Below, piece after piece: positions 62,419 to 64,000 of a stretch of DNA of 64,000 nt. The translations under genes were made by a program, and so were the position numbers. The stretch covers positions 16,732,373 through 16,796,372 of the forward strand of contig MU053881.1 in assembly GCA_013239625.1 (NCBI GenBank). The letters run 5' to 3'. This DNA is from Lama guanicoe. Lineage: Eukaryota. The first letter of the stretch is position 1. Every line of letters begins with the position of its first letter. Below the pieces are notes generated by a model. It ran no database searches. It was not told where the DNA came from and saw nothing but the letters and a program-made list of their open reading frames with translations.

Positions 62419-64000
62419 AAAAAGGAGGGAGGGAGGGGCAAAGCATAAAAGAATGCATGTTTCCTGTTCCTTGGAGAAAAGGGTGTGCCCAAAGCTGTGA
62501 ACACTCCTTAGAAGCAAAGTAGAGACGGGCACCTTTCCAGGCAGAAGAAATGTGTGGGAAACTCAGAGACTCTAGGAGTGAGTTCCCTGAGATGGTACTG
62601 AGATCTCAAGGCCTGAGCTGATAATCGGAGATACAAGTGTGATGAAGATGGAGCAGGTGACTGAATGGAAACATGCTACTACAGCCCCCCGCAGTGGCTG
62701 GCGTAACCTGTGTTTCCAATCCCACTTCCCACCAGCTTCCCCAAGCTGCCACTTGCTTCCTGAACCCATTCTGTGTACTCTCCGGTCTCCCAGCCTTTGA
62801 CTATGACTGCTCCCCCGGCCCGCCTCCATCTTCCATTTCCTGTTACTACTTGTCACAAATTCTATTTGTCTTTCAAGGCTCAACTCCCACGAGCCTTGGC
62901 TAACCTTCAGTAACTGCTTGCTACAGTGCTATAATCATCAATCCCATTTTACAGATAAGTAAAGCGTCACAAAGAGGTTATGTGATTTGTCTAAGGTCAC
63001 AAGGCTATGAAATGACTAAGCCAGGACTGGAACCAGACTCTGGAACTTGAGCTCTGGGCAGCATCACTCTCTCTAGTCAACATCACCTCCTTGTGACACC
63101 TTTCCTAACTTCCCAAAGTCCCTATTGAAGTCCCAGAGCCTGTGGTTACTCTGTCAATCCCTCTGCTCAATCAGACTGTGAGCTCTTCAGAGCAGAAGCC
63201 ATGACCGTAGCATCTAACCTCAGGACCAGGGCAGCATCTATGGCATACACACGTGGACATGTGGACTGCATTTATTCAACTCTCCCACCATGAAATATAT
63301 GCCAGGACCAGACTGGTACTAATGACCCAGCTCTAAACAAGACAGATACAGTTTCTGTTCTTAAAACTTCCAATCATGCAACTCATTAGGATACATGTGA
63401 TCAACCAGCATGTTAAGATAAGATGTAGCTGGGGGTATGCAGCTGAGAAACACCTAACCTAGATGAGCCACTGGGGAGGGCCTCCTACACGGAGACCTAA
63501 AGAATGGATGGGGGTTACCAAGCAAAGGGAGGGCCACCCCAGGTGGAGTGGACGGCAGGTTCAAAGCACCAGAGGCGATGAGAGAACACAGAATGTTTCT
63601 GCGCGTGAAAGTTCAATGCAACTGGAGGGGAGCAGGAAGAAGCGTGAGGATGGAAACTCAGCAGCGGTGGGGAGTGTCAGTCCATGGAATGACTGCTTTG
63701 GGTTTGGGAATGACTGTTTCAACCCAACAAGCTCAAGTGCACCTCTGATTGCTGCCCGACTTTCTAGAAAGTGTTTCTGGAGGAACCAGGGATTCAATTG
63801 AGCGTGAGGCTCTGTAGTTACACGATTATGCTCAGATTTCCTTAAGAGGAGTCTGACTTGGTACCAGTCTCATTTTCCATCTCACCTTCATAGGAGGTGG
63901 AGAGAAAAGATGGTGCGAAGACCCCATGAAAGAGGGAAATCCAGCCTCCGGACACCTCTTTCTGGAGGGAAAAAAACCTAGCCACTGGGCACCAAAGCTA

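Noticed and set aside
62430..64000. Further TPM4 exons (6a/6b)
   Set aside because: I found no tropomyosin-like heptad-coding segment with splice sites; exon 6b must lie beyond the window.

Overview
Mammalian genomic DNA, not prokaryotic. It is probably camelid, judged from the repeated tRNA-Ala-derived SINE family. The gene order matches the human 19p13.1 block as I recall it. Left to right: AP1M1 exon 1 (minus, gene runs off the left edge); complete FAM32A (minus, 4 exons, 112 aa); complete CIB3 (plus, 6 exons, 187 aa); complete HSH2D (minus, 5 coding exons, 360 aa); complete RAB8A (minus, 8 exons, 207 aa); and the 3' end of TPM4 (minus; exons 7, 8 and two alternative terminal exons, 9a and 9d). 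I checked all exon phases and GT-AG boundaries by hand. Introns and intergenic DNA carry ordinary SINE, L1, L2, MIR, MLT, MER and Tigger relics. Most of the ORF track is spurious. I found no convincing wholly new biological system. The best leads are: an intact striated-muscle-type TPM4 exon 9a with its own poly(A) signal and a 120-nt AG-exclusion zone; a dense cluster of RFX X-boxes in AP1M1 intron 1; loss of the Thr6 myristoylation-consensus residue in CIB3; and several repeat-architecture oddities. Gene names, repeat family names and human comparisons come from recall, not from database searches.
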